Shown: positions 24,742 to 33,704 of the stretch, in pieces
Position numbering within the stretch: position 1 is the first letter of the stretch
How the letters are laid out: each line of letters starts with the position of its first letter
Assembly: GCA_016203945.1 (NCBI GenBank)
Contig: JACQLT010000002.1
Span: forward strand, 157,189-221,188
Direction: 5' to 3'
Length of the DNA: 64,000 nt
From: Parcubacteria group bacterium
GTDB taxonomy: Bacteria; Patescibacteriota; Minisyncoccia; Minisyncoccales; UBA10102
Position numbers and translations under genes: made by a program
Notes under the pieces: generated by a model
The model's database searches: none
Told to the model about the DNA's origin: nothing
What the model saw: the letters and a program-made list of their open reading frames with translations, nothing else

Positions 24742-26001
24742 CTAAAACAACTGCTTTTGAGGAGTTGATGCTTCTGCCTGCTGCCGCACAATTGATATTT
24801 TTCCGTACTCCCCGTCGTATCCCGGCTCAATGCTGACCTTGCCTTCGCGCACCTGTATGATGGCCTGAGCTATTTCCGGAAACGTGGCTGCCTGAAGTTC
24901 CCGTGCTTTGGCATCAAGAAGCACGGCGAATTCGTTTCCGAATGCCAAAATGAGCTTTTCGTACTCTGCCCTGCACTGCTTGGCAACGACTCCCATGTGC
25001 AGCGCCTCTGCGATGATTTCCTGCAAAGGGATGAGGGACTTAAACGGGATGGCTCCCTTGGGCTTGCCCCCCGTAGATTTATCGAAGGGGGGTCTGTCGG
25101 CTAACTCTTCCACCCGGTTGAGCACGCCTATGGTAAGCTCTCTGCCGCACGCGGGGCAGATGTTGTTCCTCTTGCGCGACTCTGCAGGAGCAAGGCTAAC
25201 CGAGCAAAGCCGGTGGCCGTCGTAATGGTACTTCCCCTCTTCGGGAAAGAATTCAATGGTGGAGAGAAACTTCTTGAGGTCTTTGGTCACGATCGCGTCG
25301 CGTATCCCCCTATAGCTAAGTTCGACTTCAAATATATTTGCCTCTCTCCCCATCTTAGCCAAGCTGTGGCAGTCTGAATTGCTGATAAGGGCTATTTTGT
25401 CTAACACGGACAGGCGCCAATTCATCGCAGGATCGCTAGAAAGCCCCGTTTCAATCGCGTGAATATGTTTTGCGTACTCGTCAAAGCATTCTTCAAGCGA
25501 ATCAAACCCTGACTTTGATCCGAATACGGAAAACCACGGGGTCCAGGCATGCGCGGGAACAACCAGTGCCTCTGGAGACGCTGCCAGCGCTATCTTCAGT
25601 ACCTCAGTCGCGTCAATGCCAAGGATTGGACGACCGTCTGACTTGAGGTTCCCCCGGACACCGAGACGCGCATTGATGTATTCTACTGCCTGGAGCGAAG
25701 GAACGAGAAGAAGAAGGTGAATTCTCCTCACCTTTCCTTTCTTTGAGTATATGCAGCTGATTTCAGAAGAGAACACGAACCTCGTTTCTAAGTCCGATCC
25801 CCGCAACTTATACAACCCTTCCTCGGCTGGCTCTAACTTCTCCTGGAGCTCCTTTAACCACGCGGGGTGCGTGAAGTCGCCCGTGCCGAGAACTTTGATG
25901 CCTTTCTTCTTAGCCCAGATACCAAGATTTTCCGGCACCATGTCTTGAGAGGTGGCTCTCGCGTATTTTGAGTGGATGTGAAAATCGCCGATAAACTTCA
26001 T
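24742..26001 (-). CDS. Endonuclease Q-like PHP-domain nuclease
   Basis: 419 aa. Contains GDFHIHSKYARATS, LGTGDFTHP, VRRIHLLL, DGRP, PAHAWTPW, GLSSD, SNSDCHS, GREANIFE, GKYHYDGH, a CPACGRELTIGVLNRVEELADRP Zn ribbon, and a C-terminal GYDGEYGKISI. This matches the archaeal/Bacillus EndoQ layout as I recall it. Confidence 0.75.
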   Translation of the reverse strand: MKFIGDFHIHSKYARATSQDMVPENLGIWAKKKGIKVLGTGDFTHPAWLKELQEKLEPAEEGLYKLRGSDLETRFVFSSEISCIYSKKGKVRRIHLLLLVPSLQAVEYINARLGVRGNLKSDGRPILGIDATEVLKIALAASPEALVVPAHAWTPWFSVFGSKSGFDSLEECFDEYAKHIHAIETGLSSDPAMNWRLSVLDKIALISNSDCHSLAKMGREANIFEVELSYRGIRDAIVTKDLKKFLSTIEFFPEEGKYHYDGHRLCSVSLAPAESRKRNNICPACGRELTIGVLNRVEELADRPPFDKSTGGKPKGAIPFKSLIPLQEIIAEALHMGVVAKQCRAEYEKLILAFGNEFAVLLDAKARELQAATFPEIAQAIIQVREGKVSIEPGYDGEYGKISIVRQQAEASTPQKQLF

Positions 26002-26744
26002 ACGGCACGACGCTTTGGATAGTTGATGATCTTTCGCAAGTGAATCCTGTTAGTCCATTCCCAGAGTTCTTTGGCCGCAAAAAAGGCCCGCAGGTCCTGT
26101 TCGTATTCCGAGAGTTCCAGGAATTCAAAATCTGCCTTTGGTTGCCCCCACTGGTGATTGCATATATCCAAGCCACCGTCCAGAAATGAGGAATATCCTC
26201 TCCGTCTGCGCCTAGCTTCGCATCCTTCGCATTCCTCATACTGATCAATGCGCAATATCCATCTGGCTTCGTATTCGTGGCCGGACGCATTGGCGCTCAC
26301 CAGGGCGTTGAAGTAAGCGGCTGTCTGAAGAAAGTATTCTCCAACAAGCTGCTTTCCGGTCTTTATCTCAATGAGGCCCTTCCGGTCTCCTACTTGCGCC
26401 ACCATGTCCACGGTACCGGCATACGCAAGCTCTTTGTCGTGGACGCGGCGCTCCACGTCGTGCTCGGGATCCAAAAGTTTCACTTCGTACTCTTGCTGCC
26501 AGATCATCAGAGACTCTGCGATAGGGATGAGCCGAGGGTCCTGTTCGGCATCCGTGGACCCCCGCATCATGCCTCCTACGAATTCGTGCACGTCCGTGCC
26601 CCATTCAAGGCGCTCTCGGATTCCTCTCCTACCCCTCATGGCAAACGGGAACTTAGATATTATGGAGGTGATCGCCGTCACTCGCGGCAACCACATGCCT
26701 TCAATCTCGTATCCGAACTTCTGCTTGAATAGATCTATCCCCAT
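25998..26744 (-). CDS. PD-(D/E)xK nuclease (Cas4/lambda-exonuclease-like)
   Basis: Contains YAGTVDMVAQ...GLIEIKTGK (the D...ExK motif) followed by LQTAAY (QxxxY). A C-terminal Cys cluster reads CEGCE...C. Its stop overlaps the EndoQ-like start by 4 nt. Confidence 0.6.
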   Translation of the reverse strand: MGIDLFKQKFGYEIEGMWLPRVTAITSIISKFPFAMRGRRGIRERLEWGTDVHEFVGGMMRGSTDAEQDPRLIPIAESLMIWQQEYEVKLLDPEHDVERRVHDKELAYAGTVDMVAQVGDRKGLIEIKTGKQLVGEYFLQTAAYFNALVSANASGHEYEARWILRIDQYEECEGCEARRRRRGYSSFLDGGLDICNHQWGQPKADFEFLELSEYEQDLRAFFAAKELWEWTNRIHLRKIINYPKRRAV

Positions 26745-27031
26745 CAGGGTTTCTTGAGAACTATTTTCGCAAGGTTTTCAAGAACGTCGCCTCCCGCGTA
26801 TCCCGTAACGAGCATGAGGGCGGGAGTGAAGCTTGAGAGTTCCGTTGCGGCAACCCCAAGCTCTTGCAAGCTGAATGCCGCAGCCAACCCGGCAAGACCT
26901 GATATGCCCACCGTAGAAAGAAAATATTCCCAGCTGAACTTCACGTCTTTATACGAGGCGCGGTGTTTGACGTATCCGACCAACCCTCGCAGCACTCCCC
27001 CTGCCAATCCCCAAAGCAAAAATAGTTCCAT
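26744..27031 (-). CDS. Small hydrophobic membrane protein (95 aa)
   Basis: It has three hydrophobic segments. It overlaps the nuclease gene start by 1 nt, so it is probably in the same operon. Confidence 0.45.
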   Translation of the reverse strand: MELFLLWGLAGGVLRGLVGYVKHRASYKDVKFSWEYFLSTVGISGLAGLAAAFSLQELGVAATELSSFTPALMLVTGYAGGDVLENLAKIVLKKP

Positions 27032-27059
27032 ATGATATATTAAACGTTAGTGAAATATA

Positions 27060-27851
27060 TCATATAACGATCCCGAGCGCTTCTTTTATTCCCCATCCGA
27101 TACCAAACGCTACCGCGGATGCCAACCCCCCCACCAGCAGAATTTCAATTCCTCCTTTTATGGCGTTACCGCCGGTCACAAAGGTACGGCTCGCGCCGAC
27201 CACAAAGAAAGCGGAGAGGGACAAGACGGAAGCTGTCAAAAATCGAGAAGGCACGCCTCCGAAGATATAGGGAATGAGCGGAAGGGCTCCTGCGACAACG
27301 AATGCCCCGAAGGTAGCTGCGCCGTGTGCCAACGGAGAACCGGGGGGAGCCTCCTGGAGCTGCAACTCTTCTTTCATCATGAGATCAATCCACTTTGTCT
27401 TGTCGCTGACAATAGATGCGCAGGCCTGCTCAATAAGGTTGCCTGGGATTCCCCAGTTGCGCAGAATAGTGCGGATCTCCTCTCGTTCTATTTCCGGGAA
27501 ATGCTCCACCTCCCACTCTTCCCGCTTTCTCTGCATTGCGATAAAGGCCCGCTGGCTCCGCAGAGAAAGGAAGTTGGAGGCTGCCATGGAAAATCCGTCT
27601 GCCAGGAGGTTCGCGACCCCGAGAATGATGACGATGCCAGGAGCGAGGGCGGCTCCCGCAGCTCCCGCAACCACGGCAAACGTGGTGACGATGCCGTCGT
27701 TTGCTCCGTATACAAAGTCGCCGATATACGTTCCCTGATGAAGCCGATGCCAGGTTTCTTCCGCTTTCCGATATTGCCTGTTCTCCACGAGCCCGATGTA
27801 CCGCTTCTTTTTTGCTTCTTCCGCTTCCAGAAGCTCTGGTATATTTGTCAT
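27060..27851 (-). CDS. VIT1/CCC1-family iron/manganese transporter
   Basis: From ATG 27851 it reads ...[26 protein letters not shown], followed by C-terminal TM helices. The track's N-terminal extension (to 27995) overlaps the upstream gene, so I trimmed it. Confidence 0.8.
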   Translation of the reverse strand: MTNIPELLEAEEAKKKRYIGLVENRQYRKAEETWHRLHQGTYIGDFVYGANDGIVTTFAVVAGAAGAALAPGIVIILGVANLLADGFSMAASNFLSLRSQRAFIAMQRKREEWEVEHFPEIEREEIRTILRNWGIPGNLIEQACASIVSDKTKWIDLMMKEELQLQEAPPGSPLAHGAATFGAFVVAGALPLIPYIFGGVPSRFLTASVLSLSAFFVVGASRTFVTGGNAIKGGIEILLVGGLASAVAFGIGWGIKEALGIVI

Positions 27852-27853
27852 GG

Positions 27854-28222
27854 TTAAGAACGCCTCTTTTTGACGACGCTTTTCCAGTCGTCGTAATCTA
27901 TAATGCCCTGCACGACAATGCCTCCAAGAAACCCGTATATGGCAGAAGGCACGCCGAATGCCGTCCTGCTGAGCACGAATACAAAGGCGAGGCATCCGAG
28001 AAACACGAGCCAGTGGTGAACGTGGATACGATATGATCGCACGTCAAAAATAAAAGGGTTGCGGATGCGTCCCTGCTGATTGGATTTCTTCCCTGCGACA
28101 AAGCCCGCGATCAAGTACCCCATAAACATGCTCAACCCCGCCTCAAGAGAAATGAGGAGGGGGGTGAGCCAGAATACGACTTTTGGCAATGCGGGCAAGC
28201 CCTTTTTTATCGCTTTCTTCAT
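27854..28222 (-). CDS. Hypothetical membrane protein (122 aa)
   Basis: It has three or four hydrophobic segments and no recognised motif. Confidence 0.45.
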   Translation of the reverse strand: MKKAIKKGLPALPKVVFWLTPLLISLEAGLSMFMGYLIAGFVAGKKSNQQGRIRNPFIFDVRSYRIHVHHWLVFLGCLAFVFVLSRTAFGVPSAIYGFLGGIVVQGIIDYDDWKSVVKKRRS

Positions 28223-28277
28223 AGATACCTGTGCCCCAGCATACTCTCAACTCCCCTGTTTTACAATGCGTCAAACT

Positions 28278-28559
28278 TTAAAAACCGGACTCTCGGATAT
28301 AAAAATCTTCAAATTCCCCCCGATGCCTCTCCTCTTGAACTTTCACGTTTTTTACCTTGGCAAAAAACGGGCCTTTCTTTGCCCATGTTAAAAATTCTTG
28401 AGTGTTCTTCTCTTCTCCCTCGCAGAGCATCTCCACCCGACCGTCAATAAGGTTGCGCGCCCATCCGGTGACGCCCAGCTTCCTGGCTTTTGCCTGGGCA
28501 GATCTACGATACCACACGCCCTGAACTCTTCCTGACGCAAAAATGCGCAACCTGGTCAT
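28278..28559 (-). CDS. acyP: Acylphosphatase
   Basis: From ATG 28559 it reads MTRLRIFASGRVQGVWYRRSAQAKARKLGVTGWARNLIDGRVE, which includes the VxGxVQGVxFR motif. Confidence 0.85.
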   Translation of the reverse strand: MTRLRIFASGRVQGVWYRRSAQAKARKLGVTGWARNLIDGRVEMLCEGEEKNTQEFLTWAKKGPFFAKVKNVKVQEERHRGEFEDFYIRESGF

Positions 28560-28756
28560 AACAAGCTTTGCTTGATATATCGCATCGCTATGCGCTATTG
28601 AAGCCCAAACGCGGAAAGTACAAATGCGCCAAGGGAAACATGGTACCCCCACAGAGGAAGCGCCTTCTCAAAAAGCGCCCAAAAGCCCAACGCAACTACC
28701 CCTGCTACGAAGAAACGCGACTGCAATTCGTCTGACATATAGAAAACTATAGAGAA

Positions 28757-29896
28757 TTAAAAAGAAAACGCAAGAGCTGCCGCGCCTCCCAAGACAAGGA
28801 CAAGAACGATCCCTGCAGGAACCCATCGGGGCAAGCGCACCTCGTATTCCGGCTTCAGTTGTCCCTTCTTTCTCGCCCGAAAGAACAGCGCTACGATTAC
28901 CAGCCCTTCGGTTATCCCAACGATGATACCGACAGCGCTCAATACGGAAATGAACTCTCGAAATCCCAGCAGATACAAAAAGAGCGGAGCGAGAGAGGCA
29001 ATGCCTATAGAAAGGATGTTTGGCACGCGCCAGTCGCGCACGAGAGAGTTCTTCAGATAGCTCCCTATGATTAGGAATGAATCCCCGATTGACACGAGTC
29101 CGAAGGCGGCCCCTAGGGCAATGACGCCTGTCCCAAGGAATGGTGCCAGCCCCGCCAATGCTTCGGGGGAAGTATGCTGTCCTGCAACGCCGACTACGGA
29201 AAGAGAAAACAGGAGATATAGCCCGATGGCGGCTGCGGAAGCCGCCACAATAAGATTATTAAACCTTAGCTTATCGCGCTTTTTGTAAAATAGCTCGACT
29301 ATTTCAGGGATCGCGTTCCATCCGATGAGAGAAAACAAAATGACTCCGAAGGCAATGAACGGATTCGCTCCGGGGGATAGGGGGAGGTTCGCAAACGAAA
29401 TATGTGGGGCCGCAATGAGAAATATCAAAGCCATTACGAAGAAGAGTGCCGTGGTTGTGATAAACTCCACGCGAGCGATAAGCCGAATCCCGAATCCTAT
29501 GAGAAGCGAAAAAGGGAGCCAAAAAAGAATGTGGTGCCACGGGGAGGGAATGGAAACAAGTGGAGATAGCAGGATCTCAAGAAAATCTCCTCCTATAATT
29601 AAAAACGCAAGGAGCGCGCCGACTGTTCCCGCAATCGTGGAGAACGTGACGAGCGCCTTTGCCCAGGGACCAAGATACAGGTCAGCGTATCCAATGAGCC
29701 GATGCTTGCCCGGAGTCCGCAGGCACACCTCCCAAAAAAAGAGGTGAAGGTACGTGACGCAAATTCCCAGGAGCAAGAAATAAAAGAGGCTGAGAAGAAG
29801 CCCGCTCTGAACAATCGCGTACGGAAGCCCGAACATTCCAGCTCCCACAATAGTTCCAAGAAGCGTTGCCAACCCAAGCACGGAAGAGTTGTTCAT
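28757..29896 (-). CDS. Amino-acid transporter (Aa_trans / Trp-Tyr permease-like)
   Basis: 379 aa with about 11 hydrophobic helices. The N-terminus reads LGTIVGAGMFGLPYAIVQSG. Confidence 0.65.
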   Translation of the reverse strand: MNNSSVLGLATLLGTIVGAGMFGLPYAIVQSGLLLSLFYFLLLGICVTYLHLFFWEVCLRTPGKHRLIGYADLYLGPWAKALVTFSTIAGTVGALLAFLIIGGDFLEILLSPLVSIPSPWHHILFWLPFSLLIGFGIRLIARVEFITTTALFFVMALIFLIAAPHISFANLPLSPGANPFIAFGVILFSLIGWNAIPEIVELFYKKRDKLRFNNLIVAASAAAIGLYLLFSLSVVGVAGQHTSPEALAGLAPFLGTGVIALGAAFGLVSIGDSFLIIGSYLKNSLVRDWRVPNILSIGIASLAPLFLYLLGFREFISVLSAVGIIVGITEGLVIVALFFRARKKGQLKPEYEVRLPRWVPAGIVLVLVLGGAAALAFSF

Positions 29897-29925
29897 TTAA
29901 GTTTAGTATACCTGGTTTTACTCCC

Positions 29926-29956
29926 AAAAAAAAACGGAGCGCAAGCAAGGCGCTCC
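29926..29956 (-). terminator. Rho-independent terminator after the recombinase gene
   Basis: The minus strand reads GGAGCGCcttgcttGCGCTCC followed by a run of 9 T. Confidence 0.6.
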
Positions 29957-29980
29957 TTGGGAAATCTATTTAAACAATGC

Positions 29981-30871
29981 TTAGATGACGTGTGTTGGCG
30001 CGCGGGTGTAGGCCTGCGTCGTGGAGATGCTGGCGTGGCCCAGCAACTCTTGCACGCTGGTTAGCGACGCGCCTCCAGCCAGTTTGTGCTTGGCGAAGGA
30101 GTGGCGCAGGGTGTACGCCGTGACGGCGCCCTGGATATTGGCCAGGCGGGCATAGTCCTTGAGAATAAGCCAGAAGCCCTGGCGCGTTAGCCGCTCGCCG
30201 CGGCAGTTGATGAAGAGCGCCCGCGACCGGCGCAAGCGGGTCAAGTCGGGCCGCGCCTCCACCAGGTAGGCGTGCAGCGCGGCCACGGCCTGCTCGCGGA
30301 TGGGGAGCAGGCGCTCCTTGCCCTGGCAGTGCACCCACGCCCGGTTATTGTGCAACTTAATGGAGTCCAGGTCGAGCGCCACCAGTTCGCTCACGCGCAT
30401 GCCGGTGCCGTAGAGTAACTCCAGCATGGCCTTGTCGCGCCGGGCCTTGGGCGTGAGGGCACAGGGCTGTTCCAGTAGTTCTCTCACCTCGGCTACTCTC
30501 AGCGCCTTGGGCAACAACTTACCCACGCGCGGGGACGATAACGCCTTGGCGGGATCGCTCGCCACGACTCCTTTGGCTGTGAGAAACCTGAAGAAGCTTT
30601 TCATCACCGTCACTTTGCGCGCTACGGTGGCGTTGGCATAGTCCTTGCCCTGCATAGTAGAGATGTAGGCCTGCAGGGTCTCGCGGTTGACGTCCTGCCA
30701 GCAGGACGTCTCCGCTCCGCGGTAGTCATTGCGGAACTTCTGGAGCTGGGTTAGATCGCTGCGGTAGGCAAAGATAGTGTTGGGGGCCACTCTCCTTTCC
30801 CTAAGCATGAACCCCAGAAACTGCTCTATCGTCGCGTCGCCAAATTCCAACTCTGCATTGGGCACGTCCAT
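29981..30871 (-). CDS. Tyrosine site-specific recombinase (XerC/XerD-like integrase)
   Basis: Contains an N-terminal SAM-like domain (TIFAYRSDLTQL), then ELLYGTGMRVSELVALD (catalytic R), HSFAKHKL and LLGHASISTTQAYT (HxxR...H...Y). The start at 30871 is preceded by GGGAGGAGA. G+C was about 65-68% in the two 60-nt samples I counted, against 47-53% in flanking genes. Confidence 0.9.
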   Translation of the reverse strand: MDVPNAELEFGDATIEQFLGFMLRERRVAPNTIFAYRSDLTQLQKFRNDYRGAETSCWQDVNRETLQAYISTMQGKDYANATVARKVTVMKSFFRFLTAKGVVASDPAKALSSPRVGKLLPKALRVAEVRELLEQPCALTPKARRDKAMLELLYGTGMRVSELVALDLDSIKLHNNRAWVHCQGKERLLPIREQAVAALHAYLVEARPDLTRLRRSRALFINCRGERLTRQGFWLILKDYARLANIQGAVTAYTLRHSFAKHKLAGGASLTSVQELLGHASISTTQAYTRAPTHVI

Positions 30872-30940
30872 TCTCCTCCCTTGTGTTAGGTGCTGGCACT
30901 CAACAGGAATGCCCAACCATATCAAAGAGTCCGAAGGGTG

Positions 30941-31258
30941 TCAATAAAAACCTGTTTTGAACACGCGATATCCTTCGCGCACCTGTTTTGTCACCTTCAC
31001 CCCAACCTCCTGCCGCTTTTTAACGGCTACGATCTTCTTGTGGTCTTTCTCTATGGAACCGAGCGTCTGAGAGAACGATTTTCCTCCTCCTTCAAACCGA
31101 ACTCTATCGCCCTTCTTTACCGGAACAGAAAACTTTACTACCGCAACTTTGATCTTGTCGTAGTAATGAATAACTTTGCCCACGAGCTTGTCTTTCTGCT
31201 TCTTTTGACTAGCTCTTTTTACAGCAACCTTCTTTTTTGCCTTTTTCTTTGTCTCCAT
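30941..31258 (-). CDS. Small EF-Tu-domain-2-like beta-barrel protein with a Lys-rich N-terminal tail
   Basis: Reads GKVIHYYDKIKVAVVKFSVPVKKGDRVRFEGGGKSFSQTLGSIEKDHKKIVAVKKRQEVGVKV...REGYRVF. This resembles the short 'translation elongation factor-like' proteins. Confidence 0.5.
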   Translation of the reverse strand: METKKKAKKKVAVKRASQKKQKDKLVGKVIHYYDKIKVAVVKFSVPVKKGDRVRFEGGGKSFSQTLGSIEKDHKKIVAVKKRQEVGVKVTKQVREGYRVFKTGFY

Positions 31259-31297
31259 ATGGTTCTAGTATGGGGCGAACTTTCAATATGTGATATG

Positions 31298-31369
31298 TGT
31301 CCCCATCCAGACTCGAACTGGAATTTCAGCCTTCGGAGGGCTGCGCTCTATCCATTGAGCTATAAGGAC
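31298..31369 (-). tRNA. tRNA-Arg (anticodon CCG)
   Basis: The minus strand reads GTCCTTA TA GCTC AATGGATA GAGC G CAGCC CTCCGAA GGCTG AAAT TCCAG TTCGAGT CTGGA TGGGGAC A. This is a clean 72-nt cloverleaf with no encoded CCA. Confidence 0.9.
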
Positions 31370-31371
31370 AT

Positions 31372-32316
31372 TTATTTATTTCGCGAAACTCGAAACAAAC
31401 CGCCGGCCTGGACGATTTCAGCGCCCTGTTTTGCAATCTCGTCTAAGATGAGGTTCATGCCGATGGAATCAGAAGACATATGGCCTGCCACCACCACGTT
31501 TACATGAGCGGCTTCCGCTTCTTTTTTGTGGTCTTCTGAAATGTGCATGCCAACGACGGTGCCGATGCCTGCCTGCGCCATACGCTCATAGATCTTTGGG
31601 GGGCCCTCTGTCCCTCCGGTCATATCCACGAGAACCTTGCCGCACCTGTTTTCCGGGCTTCCCGTAAAGATGCGGGGAGCGACTCCGAGCCGCTCTGCCT
31701 GCTGGTATTCTCCAATGCCAGAAAGAATCTCCATGAGATCTTCCACGCGCTCAGGGTTTCCTTTTGTAATCGCGTCACGCACAAACGAAGCAGAAATATT
31801 GTCGGCTGCGGTATGAATACACATGAGGTTGATTCCCAAAAGCTTTGCCGCGTCTACCGTTCTCCAGTGATTCCTTGGATTGATGCCTCGCGCAACCTCA
31901 GAAGTCCTCTCTTTCATCATGCCCTCTCCCACGTTGATGGGAACGCCGTACTGATGAAAAATATCTGCCTGCAATTCCATGACTTCGTGCATGTCTGCCA
32001 AAGCTCTTCCCATGGGGTGGTGGGAAATGACCAAATCAATATCTCCCAATTCCTTTGCGAGCAGGATCTCTCCCACTTCAATATCAATGCCGCACATCAC
32101 TTTCTTGATTTCTCGGTCGTCCGCAACATGAAGAACCCTGGTGTCCGAATACGGGTTCGTGAGGGATTCTGCGTCAAACTCCGCTTTCTCGTGGCCGGAA
32201 AGCTTTTCGTACTTCTGCTTCCTGCGCTCTAAAAGCTTGGCAACGTATTCGTTGCTGCGGAAATCAGCGTCAATCCCCATCTGGACGGCCTTCTTGTAGA
32301 TGTCCGATATCTTCAT
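31372..32316 (-). CDS. NIF3-family dinuclear metal-centre protein
   Basis: 314 aa. Contains DLVISHHP, CIHTAADN and VVAGHMSSD, which resemble NIF3/YbgI motifs. Confidence 0.7.
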   Translation of the reverse strand: MKISDIYKKAVQMGIDADFRSNEYVAKLLERRKQKYEKLSGHEKAEFDAESLTNPYSDTRVLHVADDREIKKVMCGIDIEVGEILLAKELGDIDLVISHHPMGRALADMHEVMELQADIFHQYGVPINVGEGMMKERTSEVARGINPRNHWRTVDAAKLLGINLMCIHTAADNISASFVRDAITKGNPERVEDLMEILSGIGEYQQAERLGVAPRIFTGSPENRCGKVLVDMTGGTEGPPKIYERMAQAGIGTVVGMHISEDHKKEAEAAHVNVVVAGHMSSDSIGMNLILDEIAKQGAEIVQAGGLFRVSRNK

Positions 32317-32326
32317 GTTGCTCTTT

Positions 32327-33697
32327 TTACCCTATGTGACCTGTTTTGTCCAGCTCTTCTTTTACAACTTCTCTGTCGTCCCATGGAGTTTTCTTCCCTT
32401 TGGCCCAGGCAATGGAGTCTTCGGAGCCCTTGCCGGTGATGACTATTGTGTCGCCGACCTCTGCTCGTTGAAGAGCTGCTGCTATCGCCTCTCTCCTGTC
32501 CGGAATTTTTAATACCGCGGATTTATGCGGATACTGCTGACTGATATATTCTGCTCCTGCGATGACTTCATCAATGATTTTTTGAGGGTCCTCGTCGTAC
32601 GGGTCTTCGTTGGTGACAATGACGACGTCGCAATAAGTTCCGGCCAGCTTGCCGAGAATGGGGCGCTTCCATGCGTCTCTTCCCCCTCCCGCGGCTCCCA
32701 GTACGCAGATGAGTTTTCCATTGGAGGTTTTTGCTTGCAGGCGCTGCCGCAGCGTTTTGTATACTTTTTCTAAGGCGTCTGGCGTAAACGCGTAGTCAAC
32801 GATTACTTCAACGGGCTCTGTTGCAACCTGCTCCATCCTTCCTGGCACCTTCTCAATGCTCTCTAATGCCTTTTTGCATGTCTGCATGTTTACGCCCTGC
32901 GACAGCGCCGTGCAGATTGCCGCCAGCGCGTTTGAAACATTGAATGTTCCCAAAAGATTGAGGTGGAATTCTGTATCTCCAACAGAAAACCGCACCCCAC
33001 TTGCCTGCCGCTCAGGTAGGCCTCTCTCGTCTGCAGAAAGCGTTGCCTCCACAATCCGGAGAACTTCTTCTCCTGCCTGCCTCGCCGAGTCAAGGCGGGC
33101 AATGGATGTGCGAGAGCGCAATCCTGGAATCCTGTATCCAAAAATAGTCTGTGCGCTGAACTGCAGAAAATATTCCGCGTGTTCGTCATCAAGATTTATC
33201 ACGTGCACCTCTTTGGCCGCTTGGAATAATCTTCCCTTGGCTTCGCGGTATTTCTCAAATGATCCGTGGCGCTCGATATGCTCCGGGCTCAAATTGGTGA
33301 ATACCGCGGTGTGAAAATTAATGAACCTATGGCGGTGCTGTAAAATGCCCTCGGAAGTTATTTCCAGCACGGCGTGCGTGCAGCCCTGTTTCACGGCCTG
33401 GCACAAGAATCGCTGCAGGAAGAAGCGCCCGGGCATGGTCATCTTTAGGGTGTTGCGCTGGTCTTTGCCCGCAACACGAAATCGCACAGAAGAAAGGGAG
33501 GCGGTTTTCTTCCCTTCCTGTTCTAGGATGCGAGAAATCATTTCTACGGTTGTTGACTTTCCGTTGGTGCCCGTCACCCCGATCACCACGAGCTTTCTTG
33601 AGGGGAATCCGTATATGAGAGCTGCGACAAGGGCGAGGCAGAAATGATACCAATCTATCAAAAATTTCGGCGCTAATCTTCTTGCGAGATTCAGCAT
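32327..33697 (-). CDS. Mur ligase family protein (MurE-like)
   Basis: Contains the GVTGTNGKSTT P-loop and the Mur ligase middle and C-terminal patterns (DYAFTPDAL, ITGKGSE). Confidence 0.8.
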   Translation of the reverse strand: MLNLARRLAPKFLIDWYHFCLALVAALIYGFPSRKLVVIGVTGTNGKSTTVEMISRILEQEGKKTASLSSVRFRVAGKDQRNTLKMTMPGRFFLQRFLCQAVKQGCTHAVLEITSEGILQHRHRFINFHTAVFTNLSPEHIERHGSFEKYREAKGRLFQAAKEVHVINLDDEHAEYFLQFSAQTIFGYRIPGLRSRTSIARLDSARQAGEEVLRIVEATLSADERGLPERQASGVRFSVGDTEFHLNLLGTFNVSNALAAICTALSQGVNMQTCKKALESIEKVPGRMEQVATEPVEVIVDYAFTPDALEKVYKTLRQRLQAKTSNGKLICVLGAAGGGRDAWKRPILGKLAGTYCDVVIVTNEDPYDEDPQKIIDEVIAGAEYISQQYPHKSAVLKIPDRREAIAAALQRAEVGDTIVITGKGSEDSIAWAKGKKTPWDDREVVKEELDKTGHIG

Positions 33698-33704
33698 AGG
33701 GCTT

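Noticed and set aside
27852-27995. N-terminal extensions given by the ORF track. These are VIT1 to 27995, GreA to 24624, TsaE to 40287, acylphosphatase to 28652, PrgI-like to 54449, PBP from 44908, VirB6-like to 59196 and S20 from 36261.
   Set aside because: The extensions overlap upstream genes or intergenic signals and look non-protein-like. Internal ATGs give N-termini that match the expected family starts.
28595-28738. Possible 47-aa hydrophobic minus-strand ORF (MSDELQSRFFVAGVVALGFWALFEK...) between the acylphosphatase and permease genes
   Set aside because: It has no SD or -10 box in front, is very short, and has no supporting motif. The evidence is insufficient to call it.
29970-30338. 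122-aa ORF and other long alternative-frame ORFs within the recombinase gene
   Set aside because: High G+C suppresses stop codons in all frames. Only the 29981-30871 frame shows tyrosine-recombinase motifs.
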